A stretch of DNA of 63,276 nucleotides, filler included, from Pseudobdellovibrionaceae bacterium (GTDB lineage Bacteria; Bdellovibrionota; Bdellovibrionia; Bdellovibrionales; UBA1609), in NCBI GenBank assembly GCA_030591685.1. It is 7 parts of 7 records of this genome, joined end to end, with 100 filler letters (N's around TTAATTAATTAA, not from the genome) between each part and the next. Parts side by side here need not be neighbours in the genome. Positions count along the whole stretch, not along the records: positions 8,404 to 31,255 come from JAUVAX010000033.1; 6 more parts are not named here. One strand, written 5' to 3'. Below are positions 10,985-21,927 of this stretch, piece after piece. Below the pieces are notes generated by a model. The model saw only the letters and a program-made list of their open reading frames with translations. It made no database searches and was not told the DNA's origin. A program made the translations under genes and the position numbers. Every line of letters begins with the position of its first letter. Within the stretch, counting starts at the first letter, position 1.

Positions 10985-11755
10985 TTACTGCGCCACCCAG
11001 CCCCCATCAACAGCTAAACACTGACCCGTAATATAACTGGCTTGCTCAGAGCATAAGTAAAGCACAGCATTTGCTACATCTTCAGGCTTACCAATACGTC
11101 GTTCGGGGATTCCTAGTAAGACCTGATCTTTAAACCCTGGGGTCACACTCATCAGCCTTTCAAGCATAGGGGTCATAATTGGCCCGGGGCAAACAGCGTT
11201 CACTCGAATATTTTTTTGAGCAAACTCTAACGAGGCTGTTTTAGTTAACCCCGCTATCCCATGCTTACTTGCCGTGTAAGCTGCTAAGCCCGGAAACCCA
11301 ATAAGACCCGCAATAGACGACAGGTTAACGATGGCCCCCCCGCCGGATTTTAAAATTTCCGGCACCTGGTACTTCATAGATAGCCAAACGCCTTTTAAAT
11401 TAATATTTATAACCTGGTCCCAATTTTCTTCAGTGCAGTCAACAATAGAAGCGCTCGCGCCTTCTATGCCAGCATTATTACAAGCGCAATTGAGTTGACC
11501 GTATTTTTTTAATGTCTCATCAACAAAAGCTTTTATATTTTTTGATTGTGAAACATCGCAGGGGTAAAAAAACGCCTCGCCGCCAGAGTTTGTGATTTCT
11601 TTGACCAGTTGCTCCCCTGCCTTTTCATCTAAATCGCAAAGGGCTAGCTTGGCCCCATTTTTTGAAAACATAAGCGCTGTTTCACGACCAATACCTGCTG
11701 CCGCCCCGGTAACCATAACTACTTTGTCCTTATAATCAAACTGAATGCGACCCAT
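10985..11755 (-). CDS. Short-chain dehydrogenase/reductase (classical SDR)
   Basis: TGAAAGIG, NNAG, YTASKHG, NAVCPG, DGG. Confidence 0.93.
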   Translation of the reverse strand: MGRIQFDYKDKVVMVTGAAAGIGRETALMFSKNGAKLALCDLDEKAGEQLVKEITNSGGEAFFYPCDVSQSKNIKAFVDETLKKYGQLNCACNNAGIEGASASIVDCTEENWDQVININLKGVWLSMKYQVPEILKSGGGAIVNLSSIAGLIGFPGLAAYTASKHGIAGLTKTASLEFAQKNIRVNAVCPGPIMTPMLERLMSVTPGFKDQVLLGIPERRIGKPEDVANAVLYLCSEQASYITGQCLAVDGGWVAQ

Positions 11756-11835
11756 TTATAGCTCCTCTTCGTTCAACTTATTTATTAACATCAAAGCATG
11801 CTTTACACTATATTTTAAAGTTAACGAGCCCAAAC

Positions 11836-12285
11836 TTAACCCCTTCTTAAGGATTGAATGATTTGGTCTAACTTTGTTAAAAATTCTGATCGATCCGATT
11901 TTTTCATAGCAGAGGGGCCTGTTTGCGTATGCCCTAAGTCCCTAAGGTGGGACATCAGCTCACGGTTAGCAAGGGTGTCGCCGATATTCTCCTCATCTAG
12001 CTCACGACCCTTAGGCCCTAACACTCTGGCATTACACTTGATGCAACGCTCAGCCAGCAGTTGGTCAGAAGTGATAAGTATATCGCCCTCGGTGATGTTT
12101 TCGGCAATCCAGTCATCAGCAGCGTCAAAATCTCCACTGACCACCTTTATTTGAATGTTTGCATCCATAGGTATGTTTATGTACTGGTTGGCCACAACAA
12201 AAACTTTTAATTTGTAGCGATCAGCCACTTTATAAATTTCATTTTTTACCGGACAAGCATCAGCGTCTACATATATGTTTAACAA
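11836..12285 (-). CDS. YaiI/YqxD (UPF0178) family protein
   Basis: [26 protein letters not shown]. Confidence 0.92.
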   Translation of the reverse strand: MLNIYVDADACPVKNEIYKVADRYKLKVFVVANQYINIPMDANIQIKVVSGDFDAADDWIAENITEGDILITSDQLLAERCIKCNARVLGPKGRELDEENIGDTLANRELMSHLRDLGHTQTGPSAMKKSDRSEFLTKLDQIIQSLRRG

Positions 12286-12410
12286 GCACCACCTCTTTTT
12301 TTAATTAAATCTCTCTATAGTTAAAGCCATATTTTCACACTTTGGCCCTTTATTGTAGACGCTTAGCTTAAAGTAGAATAGGTTTTTAATTGACCACTTG
12401 GAGGTTTATT

Positions 12411-13022
12411 ATGGTTACAATTTATGGTTCGCCAAAATCCAGCTCAGGGAGATGTTTTTGGTGCTTAGAAGAGGCTCAAGTCCCCTACGACGCAAAATCT
12501 ATAAACTTTAAAGAAAAACAGCATAAATCTGAAGATTTTTTAAAAATAAACCCTAACGGTAAAGTCCCCGTATTAACTGATGGTGAATTTACAGTTTGGG
12601 AGTCCATGGCTATTAATCACTATTTAGCTGAAACTCATAAACCAGAGCTACTTGGCACAACAGTTCAAAACAAGGCCCTCGTTCAACAGTGGACCCTCTG
12701 GGCCCTGGCCGAACTCCAGCCGCCAATTATAGATGTTTTTATTCAATTAGTTTTTGTCCCCGAAGACAGAAGGGATTTAAAAGCCATTGAAAAAGCCACA
12801 GCAAAGCTCCCCTCATTACTTGAAACCCTAAACGCGGCGTTATTAAACAAAACTCATCTTGTGGGGGATGCTTTTTCACTCGCTGATTTACATGTGTTTT
12901 CAGTGGCGAGCCTTTGCAGGGACATTAAATTCGATACTTCTTCATATAAAAACATGAATGCATGGATGCTTAAAATTTTAGAGCGCCCCGCTTACAAAAA
13001 TTACCAAAAACTTTGTAACTAA
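12411..13022 (+). CDS. Glutathione S-transferase family protein
   Basis: INPNGKVPVL, WESMAI, FSLADL; GGAGG RBS points to ATG 12411. Confidence 0.92.
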   Translation: MVTIYGSPKSSSGRCFWCLEEAQVPYDAKSINFKEKQHKSEDFLKINPNGKVPVLTDGEFTVWESMAINHYLAETHKPELLGTTVQNKALVQQWTLWALAELQPPIIDVFIQLVFVPEDRRDLKAIEKATAKLPSLLETLNAALLNKTHLVGDAFSLADLHVFSVASLCRDIKFDTSSYKNMNAWMLKILERPAYKNYQKLCN

Positions 13023-13073
13023 AAAAATAGTCAAAGGGCTTCTTTATTTAATTTTTATATAAAGCCCTCACAG

Positions 13074-13901
13074 GTGAATTATATGAAACCTAAAAAGGTT
13101 ATACTAATAACGGGGGCCTCCTCGGGCATAGGCCGGGATGTTGCAAAAAAATTGCTCGCCGAAAATCATATTATTTACGCTGCTGCTAGGCGAACACACC
13201 TCATGGATGACCTAAAGGCCCTTGGCGCCCATATTATAAAACTCGATGTGACAAATACGGATAGTGTTAATGAGGCCGTAACTTTTATCATAAAAAATGA
13301 GGGCACAATTGATGTACTTATCAATAATGCCGGATTCGCAACACTAGGGGCCATAGAGGACGCCTCCTTAGAGAGCATTGAATATCAATTTAATGTTAAT
13401 ATATTTGGCATCGCAAGAATGCTTAAATCGGTACTCCCCCATATGAGAAAAGCCCGAAAAGGGCTTGTTATTAATATTGGGTCTGTTGCTGGTTATATCT
13501 CACCCCCAATAATGGGCTGGTATGCCTCCACAAAGCATGCCCTTAAAGGGATTACTGACTCTTTAAGAGTAGAGGTCTCACCCCTAGGCATAGACGTTGT
13601 GCTTATTGAACCCGGAGCTATTAAAACCGGATTTAAAGATGTTTCTGAAGAGTATCTTGAAAAAGACGCCCCCTCTGACGATTACAACGCAATGGTTGAG
13701 GGCTTTAAAAGGGTTCTTAATAAAACATACTCAAAAGCACCGGGGACAAACACAACCGTAAAAGCTATTGTTGACTGCATCCATGCCAAAAATCCTAAAA
13801 TAAGATATAGAACAACCACAGAGGCTAAAATATTACCTATTTTAAAAAGTTTAATTTGTGATCGGACTTTTGATAAAATTTTTATTCGCCAAATTAAATA
13901 A
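13074..13901 (+). CDS. Short-chain dehydrogenase/reductase
   Basis: ITGASSGIG, NNAG, YASTK, IEPG; true start may be ATG 13083. Confidence 0.92.
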   Translation: MNYMKPKKVILITGASSGIGRDVAKKLLAENHIIYAAARRTHLMDDLKALGAHIIKLDVTNTDSVNEAVTFIIKNEGTIDVLINNAGFATLGAIEDASLESIEYQFNVNIFGIARMLKSVLPHMRKARKGLVINIGSVAGYISPPIMGWYASTKHALKGITDSLRVEVSPLGIDVVLIEPGAIKTGFKDVSEEYLEKDAPSDDYNAMVEGFKRVLNKTYSKAPGTNTTVKAIVDCIHAKNPKIRYRTTTEAKILPILKSLICDRTFDKIFIRQIK

Positions 13902-13917
13902 GATCTCTTAGTGTTAA

Positions 13918-15060
13918 TTAATCACTCTCATTATGAGGCCGGTGATCACTCGACTGCTGCAGTAATGATTTACTTTCTTGTAAAAATTGACTTGAATAAC
14001 TACCGAACCAATCACTCACCTTTTTAAACAATTTAATAAATCCATCTCGGTCGCCTGAGTCTAGTAGTTTTACAGATTCACCAAATCGCTCATAGTATTC
14101 GCGAATCATGGAGATATTTTGAGGAGATGAAAAAATAATATCGGCATATAACTCTGGGTCTTGAGCAAAAAGTCGACCCACCATTATAAGCTCGAGGCGA
14201 TAAATGGGTGAGCTCAAATCTAAAAGATCTTGAACTTCAATGTTTTGCTCAGCCAGGTGAACACCATAATTAAAAGACGTAAAGTGACGAAGTGCTTGTA
14301 TTAAAGTCATTGCTTTATCGTGGGCTTCAGCACTGGATGGGGTTAGTCGAGCCCCCCAAAGTGATATTTGATCAATGAGCCACTGGTATTTTTTGGGCTC
14401 TCGGCCCTCGCAGTATATAATCACTTGCTTTGCAAAACTTGCCACGTCAGGACCAAACATCGGGTGCAGTCCAACAACTGGTCCACCATGTGCCTTTAAC
14501 ATCGCCTTTAATGGTACAGATTTAACACTTGTTACGTCTGCTAAAACGCAGTCCTTTGGCAGTCGACTTAGGCCCTCTATGATGGCTTTTGTACTACTCA
14601 CCGGGACCGAAAGCAGCACAAGCCCTGCTGTTGAAAGTATTTTATCTGCACGGCCCCAATCATTAACCTCGATAATCTCTACATTGTACCCTGAGAGCTC
14701 AAACATATGGACAAACATTTGACCCAACTGACCATGACCACCAACGACAACAACATCCCCTAAGTCAGGTTTAATGGTCTTAAACCCTGAGGCCTTTTCT
14801 GATAAGTAAGACTCCCGCATGATTCGACGTAACACGTCCTCAATGAGATCTTCAGGAACATTTTTTTTCTTTGCTTCGGCTCTTAAGTGCTGAATCATTT
14901 TTTTTTCACGAGTAGGTGTGTATATTGGTAACCCGTGTTCATTTTTAGCTTTGCCCACCTGTTCGACAAGATCAATGCGCTCAGCTAAAAGTTGAATTAG
15001 TTTTTTATCTAAATGATCTATTTGATCTCGTAATGGGGTTAAGGCCTCATGAGTACTCAT
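13918..15060 (-). CDS. tyrA: Bifunctional chorismate mutase/prephenate dehydrogenase (T-protein)
   Basis: LRDQIDHLD AroQ domain; [37 protein letters not shown]. Confidence 0.95.
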   Translation of the reverse strand: MSTHEALTPLRDQIDHLDKKLIQLLAERIDLVEQVGKAKNEHGLPIYTPTREKKMIQHLRAEAKKKNVPEDLIEDVLRRIMRESYLSEKASGFKTIKPDLGDVVVVGGHGQLGQMFVHMFELSGYNVEIIEVNDWGRADKILSTAGLVLLSVPVSSTKAIIEGLSRLPKDCVLADVTSVKSVPLKAMLKAHGGPVVGLHPMFGPDVASFAKQVIIYCEGREPKKYQWLIDQISLWGARLTPSSAEAHDKAMTLIQALRHFTSFNYGVHLAEQNIEVQDLLDLSSPIYRLELIMVGRLFAQDPELYADIIFSSPQNISMIREYYERFGESVKLLDSGDRDGFIKLFKKVSDWFGSYSSQFLQESKSLLQQSSDHRPHNESD

Positions 15061-15065
15061 AGCAG

Positions 15066-16142
15066 CTACACTTTCTTGCCTTGGCGTACCCTCAATGCCC
15101 CACTTAAGTCAGTGGCACACTGGCGCAGTATATTTTCTGTTGTTTGCCAGTCCATACAAGCATCTGTCACTGAGACTCCGTATTTCATTTTCTCTACGGG
15201 TTGCTCTGAAGACTGCCTCCCCTCATTAAGGTGACTCTCTAGCATAAATCCTAAAATAGACTTGTTGCCATTTTTGATTTGCTCTTTCACACTGTCAACG
15301 ACAATGGGCTGCCTAGTATGATCTTTTAATGAGTTGGCGTGGCTGCAATCAATTATAATTCGTGACTCTAGCCCAGCTTTTGCAATGCTCTTTTCGGCCT
15401 GGTCAACACTCTTAAAATCATAATTAGGCTCAGCGCCACCGCGCAATATAACGTGACCGTCTGGGTTGCCAGAGGTGTGTAATAGCGACACCTGTCCCTC
15501 TTGATTTGTCCCAATAAAGCAATGTGATGAGGCTGCTGATTTCATGGCGTTAATGGCCGTATCTAACTTTCCATGGGTGTTGTTTTTAAAACCAACGGGC
15601 ATTGAAAGTCCCGATGCCATCTCCCTGTGTATTTGTGACTCAGTTGTTCGTGCGCCAATGGCAGACCAACTAAAAAGTTCTGATAAATACTGAGGGGTAA
15701 TCGGGTCCAGAGCCTCTGTAGCAACTGGCAACTCTAACTCTGCTAATTGCAAAAGTAGCTTTCGAGCCTGTGTTAAACCGCCCTCAATATCAAAGGATCC
15801 ATCCATGCAGGGGTCATTAATAAGCCCCTTCCAGCCCACCGTTGTTCGAGGCTTTTCAAAGTAAACCCTCATAACTATAAAAATATTATTTTTTAATTCA
15901 TCGTGAAGTGCTTTTAGCCTTGTGGCATATTCATTTGCAGCCTTAACGTCATGCACAGAGCACGGACCGCAGATAACAAGCAAGCGATGATCTTTATTGT
16001 GTAAAATATCTCTAATCGACTGCCTTGAGCGAAACACGAACTCTTGAATATCACTAGAACTGGGCAGTCGCGCCTTCAACTCTTTTGGAGTAATCAGAGG
16101 TCTCTCTGAGCTGATGTTTATGTTATATAAATTATTATTCAT
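15066..16142 (-). CDS. aroF: DAHP synthase, class I-alpha (Tyr-sensitive by context)
   Basis: [51 protein letters not shown]; directly upstream of tyrA. Confidence 0.9.
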   Translation of the reverse strand: MNNNLYNINISSERPLITPKELKARLPSSSDIQEFVFRSRQSIRDILHNKDHRLLVICGPCSVHDVKAANEYATRLKALHDELKNNIFIVMRVYFEKPRTTVGWKGLINDPCMDGSFDIEGGLTQARKLLLQLAELELPVATEALDPITPQYLSELFSWSAIGARTTESQIHREMASGLSMPVGFKNNTHGKLDTAINAMKSAASSHCFIGTNQEGQVSLLHTSGNPDGHVILRGGAEPNYDFKSVDQAEKSIAKAGLESRIIIDCSHANSLKDHTRQPIVVDSVKEQIKNGNKSILGFMLESHLNEGRQSSEQPVEKMKYGVSVTDACMDWQTTENILRQCATDLSGALRVRQGKKV

Positions 16143-16265
16143 AGATTATAAAACTCTCATATTTACAAATTAACTGACCTGCTCAATTGCCTTTATCATT
16201 TAACTTTATGTTTAAATTAATATTTTTATTTATAGTTTTTAAAAACCTCACAGACCTAGTATTTA

Positions 16266-16649
16266 TTATGGGGTCCATACTCCCGAATGTATCAATGTAC
16301 AATCGGCCTCACCTGAAATCGCACTAAATACTGGGTCATAGTACTGTAATGTTCCGGCACTCATAGCACAGGACCCCACTCTGTTAGGCACTGGACAGCC
16401 CGATGCAAGAATGGATGATGCATATGCATTACCGTCAGCCGTAACTGAGATCTGATAAATAGGATATAAAGTCGTTGTACAGTAGTTCAGCTCATTGCTT
16501 GTATCAAAACTGGATGCAAAACTTAAACATACGACATCATTTGGAGTTTTAATAATATCACACGTCCCGCCGCTAAACTCACCATCAGGATCCTTAGAGC
16601 AAGACCAATTAAGTGCAAAAAATGAAATTAATAATATTCTTCTGATCAT
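16266..16649 (-). CDS. Small Cys-rich lipoprotein
   Basis: Signal peptide ending NWSC; six further Cys residues. Confidence 0.65.
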   Translation of the reverse strand: MIRRILLISFFALNWSCSKDPDGEFSGGTCDIIKTPNDVVCLSFASSFDTSNELNYCTTTLYPIYQISVTADGNAYASSILASGCPVPNRVGSCAMSAGTLQYYDPVFSAISGEADCTLIHSGVWTP

Positions 16650-16836
16650 GACTTCACTCCCTTTTTACCTCTTAATAGTTACATTATTGTTGAGTTATGT
16701 ACATCGTGTTTTTATAAGAAAAGCTTTGTTTAAATAATATAGACTTTTGTCTTCTCCTTATTATTTGCTTGAAAAAATCACCTCTGATAACCTGACTTAA
16801 GTAAAATTAACTTATACTTAACAAGGAGGCTTACAC

Positions 16837-17664
16837 ATGCCTAAATATAAATTTATTATTGCAACGCTGTCGCTTATACTCGCCACAGGTTGCGGATCTA
16901 TAGTAAAAAAACCTGAGATCAATAGCGTAAAAAAAATAGCAATACTTAGCGTCTACGCCAATGATAAGGTTGTAGAGGCAAAGGGCCGTGGCTTTGTAAA
17001 GGGATGGAAATCTAATTTTAAAATGCAAGTTGCCGATGACCTATTAAAAATTCACAAAAAAACACTACGCTCTTTAGGGTGGCGAGTGATGGACCCTGAT
17101 AAAGTACTTACATCTAAGGCCTATAAAAAGGCTTTTAAAATAAAACGCAAAGACGGAAAGCCCGCAGGCAAGACCATGAAGTTTCTTGCGAGTATAGCAA
17201 AAAACATTCACAGAAATAAGTTTTTTAGTCCCGCAGGGATGTTTCCTGTTCAATTTACAAAGTCCAATAAGACCTGTTACGGCAACGGGTGCAAAATTTC
17301 GGCTGAGCAAAGGCTTGCGGCCTTTGCTAAAAAGTTAAAGGTTGATGCTGTTGCTGTTGTTCAAGTTGATTTTTGCTATCAAGGCGGCACATGGACTTCG
17401 CTTGGTGGTGCTGGACAGGCCTTTATGACGGCAGGCACTTCGGTAAAAATGGTTAACAAAAAAGGTGTTGTAGTGTTAAACACCCCCTCAATAGCTATTT
17501 GTGGTGACAATAAATATCGAAGAAAGTCTAAAAGCTCTACCGGCATGAGTGGCGGTAATCTTATGGTGGGCTTAACTAAAAAGACAACTTTAAGGCGCAT
17601 GTTTAAAGAGTCCGCCCGCGCAAGTGCTCGATCTTTTGCCGCACACATTCGTAAAGAGCTTTAA
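16837..17664 (+). CDS. Basic hypothetical lipoprotein
   Basis: AAGGAGG RBS; lipobox LATGC; VKKIAILS and LKVDAVAVV suggest an alpha/beta fold. Confidence 0.75.
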   Translation: MPKYKFIIATLSLILATGCGSIVKKPEINSVKKIAILSVYANDKVVEAKGRGFVKGWKSNFKMQVADDLLKIHKKTLRSLGWRVMDPDKVLTSKAYKKAFKIKRKDGKPAGKTMKFLASIAKNIHRNKFFSPAGMFPVQFTKSNKTCYGNGCKISAEQRLAAFAKKLKVDAVAVVQVDFCYQGGTWTSLGGAGQAFMTAGTSVKMVNKKGVVVLNTPSIAICGDNKYRRKSKSSTGMSGGNLMVGLTKKTTLRRMFKESARASARSFAAHIRKEL

Positions 17665-17690
17665 TGAACTCTCTTTTATTTTAAATATAC

Positions 17691-17720
17691 GTGATCCCTC
17701 TTTAATGCGAAGGGGGTCAC
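17691..17720 (+). terminator. Hairpin after the lipoprotein gene
   Basis: GTGATCCCT...AGGGGGTCAC imperfect inverted repeat just after the stop. Confidence 0.5.
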
Positions 17721-18163
17721 TTATAATTTTAATCTCCTCGATTTAAGTTAATAATACGTCCACAGTTCCTTGAAGTGCCAATAAACCTCATTTTCTGATT
17801 TAGCTGACACAAGTTTTGATCTAAAAATGATATCTATAACTTACATTTTTTTAGAGCTTTGAGGTGTCTCCAGTTAGTTGATCTTCAAAAGAATTTTATC
17901 AAACAAACGTAGTCGGGTGACCACTGACCCTCAAATACAATTGAGTTGAGATTAATATGAATAAGAGGCCCATAATCGTAAAAATTTTAGACAATACTAG
18001 AGCCTTTTTTACTTTTTTTCACTTTACGATAAAGCACCTACTTTTGTGCTAATATGCCTTTTATACAACATATAGATGCCTCGTGATTTCAATTTGTATA
18101 CCTACAAGGTTTAGTAAACTGACCGCCTAGCACACATCAAATACCCTTAAAAGGATATGTACT

Positions 18164-18841
18164 ATGAATAAAATTACCTTAGCAACTCTTTCATTATGTT
18201 TGAGTTTTAGTCAACTTACCCTTGCTAGCGATCTCACAGATGGTGACGCCGTAACCCTGTATCACCCAGATACAGGGTTTGTACGCACCAAAAATCTGCC
18301 TTCAGAAGGTACTATTAAGCCCACAGAGGCCCTTAACCTTAGCCCTCAAAAAATTGATCAAATTAAAAATCTTATTCGAAAAGTTAAACTACGAATTAAG
18401 CAACGAAAAATTTTACAGGAAGAGTCTGCCTCTGACATTGTAGAGCTTATGGGTGACGAAGATTTACATGAGATCCTTATGGCCATTGAGGTCAGTGCTG
18501 CTGGAGTAAGCCTCTTTGCAGGAGGCACAAAGTATTCAAACCTTATTAAAATGCCACAAAACCATTCGTTAACTGATACCTGGATAAGCCAGTATTATAA
18601 AGCGGAGATGACAAAGGCAAGAAGCTTTTTTGCCGTTGCACCAAAACTGACCCCTTATGGCATTGCCGTTGTTGCCTCTATGGTTTTTTTAAAAATAACG
18701 ACAGATAAACTCGCTGGTCTTAAAAAAGAGATCGGCCTTACCTCTAATCAAATTGTGGATCTTGAAAAGTTAAATGCCAAAGACGAGGGCATGATTGATG
18801 GCCTTAACTTAATTTTAGAGTTTAGTACCGATGCAAAATAA
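18164..18841 (+). CDS. Hypothetical secreted protein
   Basis: Signal peptide, two internal hydrophobic segments, coiled-coil-like regions. Confidence 0.7.
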   Translation: MNKITLATLSLCLSFSQLTLASDLTDGDAVTLYHPDTGFVRTKNLPSEGTIKPTEALNLSPQKIDQIKNLIRKVKLRIKQRKILQEESASDIVELMGDEDLHEILMAIEVSAAGVSLFAGGTKYSNLIKMPQNHSLTDTWISQYYKAEMTKARSFFAVAPKLTPYGIAVVASMVFLKITTDKLAGLKKEIGLTSNQIVDLEKLNAKDEGMIDGLNLILEFSTDAK

Positions 18842-19592
18842 GCACCTAAAAAAGTTTTTATTTTTAGCGATGTTTTTTTTGCCTGGGTTTATTTATGCCA
18901 ATGACAATAATTATTTAAATCTCATTGAATTAATCGCCAAGAAAGACCAAATTCAAGAGGCCGTTATTTATGAGCAAACAAAAGAGCTCTGCGAGCAAAA
19001 TCCTTATAAAACAATCACCCGCCAAGTCGTACAAAGTGCTAAGGGAGTTTTTGAAGTCACTTTAGCACTCAATGTTTCAAGGGCAAATGAGTACCTTGAA
19101 GGTGAACACTTTGGGATCTCTCCAGAGTTAAATACCCTTTTGTATTCAGATAGCTTTATGACGGCCGTTAGTGAATGCTACGGGGTGGGAACAGAGGCAC
19201 ATAATCGCTTTGTTTTATCATTAATTATAGCTGACCAGCTCGGGACAGTGCTTGGGGTTATTGGGTCTTTTCGAGCTTATAAGGCTCTTTTTAAGGTACT
19301 TCGTTTTGTCACAAAGGCTTACCCAAAATTATCAATGGGCTTGTCTATAACGACGGTAGGGTTAATTACTCACGCGATATGGTCTGAGTGGAAAGAATAC
19401 CTTAATCGAGAACGACAAATAAAGGGGTTATCTGAGCTTCAAAGTAAAATCAAACGCGCTAAAAGTGAATATCTAATACAAAACGAGCTAGACGAAAAAG
19501 AGGTTCAAGAGCTACTCAAGGAGCTTCAGGAATCTGAAAATATGACGCCTGAAGAGCGTGAACTCATAAATAGAGTACTTGAAAGTCTTTAG
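18831..19592 (+). CDS. Hypothetical secreted protein
   Basis: Signal peptide, hydrophobic hairpin, C-terminal coiled coil; overlaps the previous gene by 11 nt. Confidence 0.7.
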   Translation: MQNKHLKKFLFLAMFFLPGFIYANDNNYLNLIELIAKKDQIQEAVIYEQTKELCEQNPYKTITRQVVQSAKGVFEVTLALNVSRANEYLEGEHFGISPELNTLLYSDSFMTAVSECYGVGTEAHNRFVLSLIIADQLGTVLGVIGSFRAYKALFKVLRFVTKAYPKLSMGLSITTVGLITHAIWSEWKEYLNRERQIKGLSELQSKIKRAKSEYLIQNELDEKEVQELLKELQESENMTPEERELINRVLESL

Positions 19593-19731
19593 GTCTATAA
19601 TCAAACGTCTATTACGTTTAATATCCCGCCGACTCCCAAGCCTATAGTTAAGCTCCACTTTTTTTTCAGCACATATTATGTGATAGCCATAAGAGGACGT
19701 ATGGAGAGACTTTTTATGAGGTCATAAAAAA

Positions 19732-21051
19732 TTATTTTAGGTCAGGGAGTTGCTTGTTAAAAAACAGTGCGGCCGTTAAGTCGCCGGTAACATTAACTAC
19801 AGTTCTTAACATATCAAGCAGTCGATCGACGCCCATTATTAATAATACGCCCTCAGCAGGCACGCCTACGCCGTTAAGTAGCGAAGCTAATACAGCAATA
19901 CCCACCCCTGGAGTACCCGGAGCACCAATCGAGGCCCCGGTCGCCGTAACAACAATCAATGCAACCTGAGTCATAGTTAAATCTAAACCATAGGCTTGAG
20001 CAATAAAACACGCCGCGACCCCTTGGTACGCGGCTGTTCCATCCATATTAATAGTTGTTCCTAAAGGGATAATAAGGCGAGAGACTTTTGGGGAAACATT
20101 TAATTTCTTTTCAGCGACCTCTATTGTTAATGGCATGACGGCTGCCGAACTAGAGGTCGAAAAGGCTAAAAGCTGCACCTCTCTGATTTTTTTTAGAAAA
20201 ACCCCCGGATGGACCCTGGCTCCAAAAAAAACTATCAATAAATAAATAAAAACAATACTGCCCAGCGATAAAATGACCGTCAATGCATAAGCCCCTATAC
20301 TCGCTATAACGTTAAACCCCACCTTTGATAAAAGCTCTGTCATTAAACCAAATACGGCAAAAGGGGCTAGCTTCATCGCCCACCCCACAACAACCATGGT
20401 TAGCCCTTGGGTCGCCGTCAATAAAGTTACTATGGGCTTTGCCTGCTCCGGTTTTAAACTCAGCAGCGCCACCCCTAAAAGGAGAGCAAATATTACGATT
20501 TGAAATAAGTTACCATCCATCATCGAGCTTAGTGGGTTTTTAGGTAAAATAGATGTTATTATTTTTGGTAGAGAGTCTGTCGAGTTTAACGGCGGCTCAA
20601 CAGAGTGATTTATTTTGGCCTCTTTGTTTGCCGAGACCGTAAGGCCTGATTTTTCTAAATCAACCCCAGGCTTAATTAATTGCGCCATACTCAGGCCGAT
20701 TAAAATAGATAAGGTTGTTGTAATCACAAAATAAGGCAACAGCTTTATGGCCATGGCCTTAAGGGTAGATATTGATTTTGCGTTAATCACACCGAGCATC
20801 ACCGAAGACAACACAAGGGGCAAAATAATCATTTGCATAAGTATTAAAAATACTCGCCCCGGTATCACTAGCCAGTCCACAATGATCCATGCCAATTTAG
20901 GGGGCACATAGCCGGCCTCTGGGCCGATCAATAACCCAACAAAAATACCCGCCACCAAAAAAACAATGATTTTTACCCATAGATGACTTTCTATGAGCTT
21001 TTGACTCTCCAGAACTAGTAATTTAATTGAATATATAGGTTTAACAGTCAT
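19732..21051 (-). CDS. Dicarboxylate/amino acid:cation symporter (DAACS, GltP-like)
   Basis: AFSTSSSAAVMP, PLGTTINMDGT, GVDRLLDMLRTVVNVTGD. Confidence 0.94.
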   Translation of the reverse strand: MTVKPIYSIKLLVLESQKLIESHLWVKIIVFLVAGIFVGLLIGPEAGYVPPKLAWIIVDWLVIPGRVFLILMQMIILPLVLSSVMLGVINAKSISTLKAMAIKLLPYFVITTTLSILIGLSMAQLIKPGVDLEKSGLTVSANKEAKINHSVEPPLNSTDSLPKIITSILPKNPLSSMMDGNLFQIVIFALLLGVALLSLKPEQAKPIVTLLTATQGLTMVVVGWAMKLAPFAVFGLMTELLSKVGFNVIASIGAYALTVILSLGSIVFIYLLIVFFGARVHPGVFLKKIREVQLLAFSTSSSAAVMPLTIEVAEKKLNVSPKVSRLIIPLGTTINMDGTAAYQGVAACFIAQAYGLDLTMTQVALIVVTATGASIGAPGTPGVGIAVLASLLNGVGVPAEGVLLIMGVDRLLDMLRTVVNVTGDLTAALFFNKQLPDLK

Positions 21052-21115
21052 AGGTAATAAGTACCTAATGTTACAGCTAAGTTCAACTAAGTTAACGAAG
21101 CTTTAATGATGGTTT

Positions 21116-21502
21116 TTAAAGCCGCACAACAAGGCTTATTAAGAACGACAGCACAATGGCAAATGCTATGTATTTAATGAACGCTGCCAAGAGCTGGTGG
21201 ATGTTGCCAATATGGTTTTCTGACTCATTGGATAAGAAAATATCGATCAGTTTAATTATATTTCTACCAATTATAGGGAGAACAATAAACACCATAAAGA
21301 AAAATAAGCCTCGGGTAAAGTACTCTCCACCCCTATTGATGTTATACCCCAACTCAAAAATAGCTATACATAACGACACCAAACTTAAAATAAAGACAGC
21401 TCGCCTAATGACTTTAAAACCCTCTAGCAAATTCGGGCTTGAGAAACGTGGAATTTTACGTCTGTTATCCCTATCGACGCGCCGGCCTTCATCGGTTTTC
21501 AT
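21116..21502 (-). CDS. Hypothetical membrane protein (about 3 TM helices)
   Basis: Hydrophobic helices; AGGAG RBS points to ATG 21502. Confidence 0.6.
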   Translation of the reverse strand: MKTDEGRRVDRDNRRKIPRFSSPNLLEGFKVIRRAVFILSLVSLCIAIFELGYNINRGGEYFTRGLFFFMVFIVLPIIGRNIIKLIDIFLSNESENHIGNIHQLLAAFIKYIAFAIVLSFLISLVVRL

Positions 21503-21927
21503 TTTTGCTCCTCTGTCTAAACTATAATGATAGCATATTTTTTTCACCGAAAGTATGCAAACACGAACATGTAAAATTCAGACAAATGTCCTGAGCATGC
21601 AAGCGAAACCCTTACCCGTTAATCTAAAACTGCTTTTGTTTACTCGCTTGTTTAAGTGATTTGTTTATACAGAGATTTAGAGAGCTTATTCTTGCCTTTC
21701 TCTCCTTAGCGGTGAAGGCAACAACACCCCATACCGACTCGACCAATGCCTATACCAGAGCGGTCCCTTTTTACGATTCACATCAAAAGCCTTACAGCTG
21801 AACTAAAAAAGCGAGTGCCATGTCTCAATTTAAGCCACAAAAACTTGCATTATTGTTGTGACACGATATCCTATTTATAAGAGGCATTTATGCCGACAGC
21901 CTGAAGAGCGCGTCAATAGCGGCACTC

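Noticed and set aside
21890..21910. GCCGACAGCCTG as the 3' end of a ZTP riboswitch
   Set aside because: No upstream ZTP aptamer, no GGGCA ending and wrong gene context. No such motif was seen before purN either.
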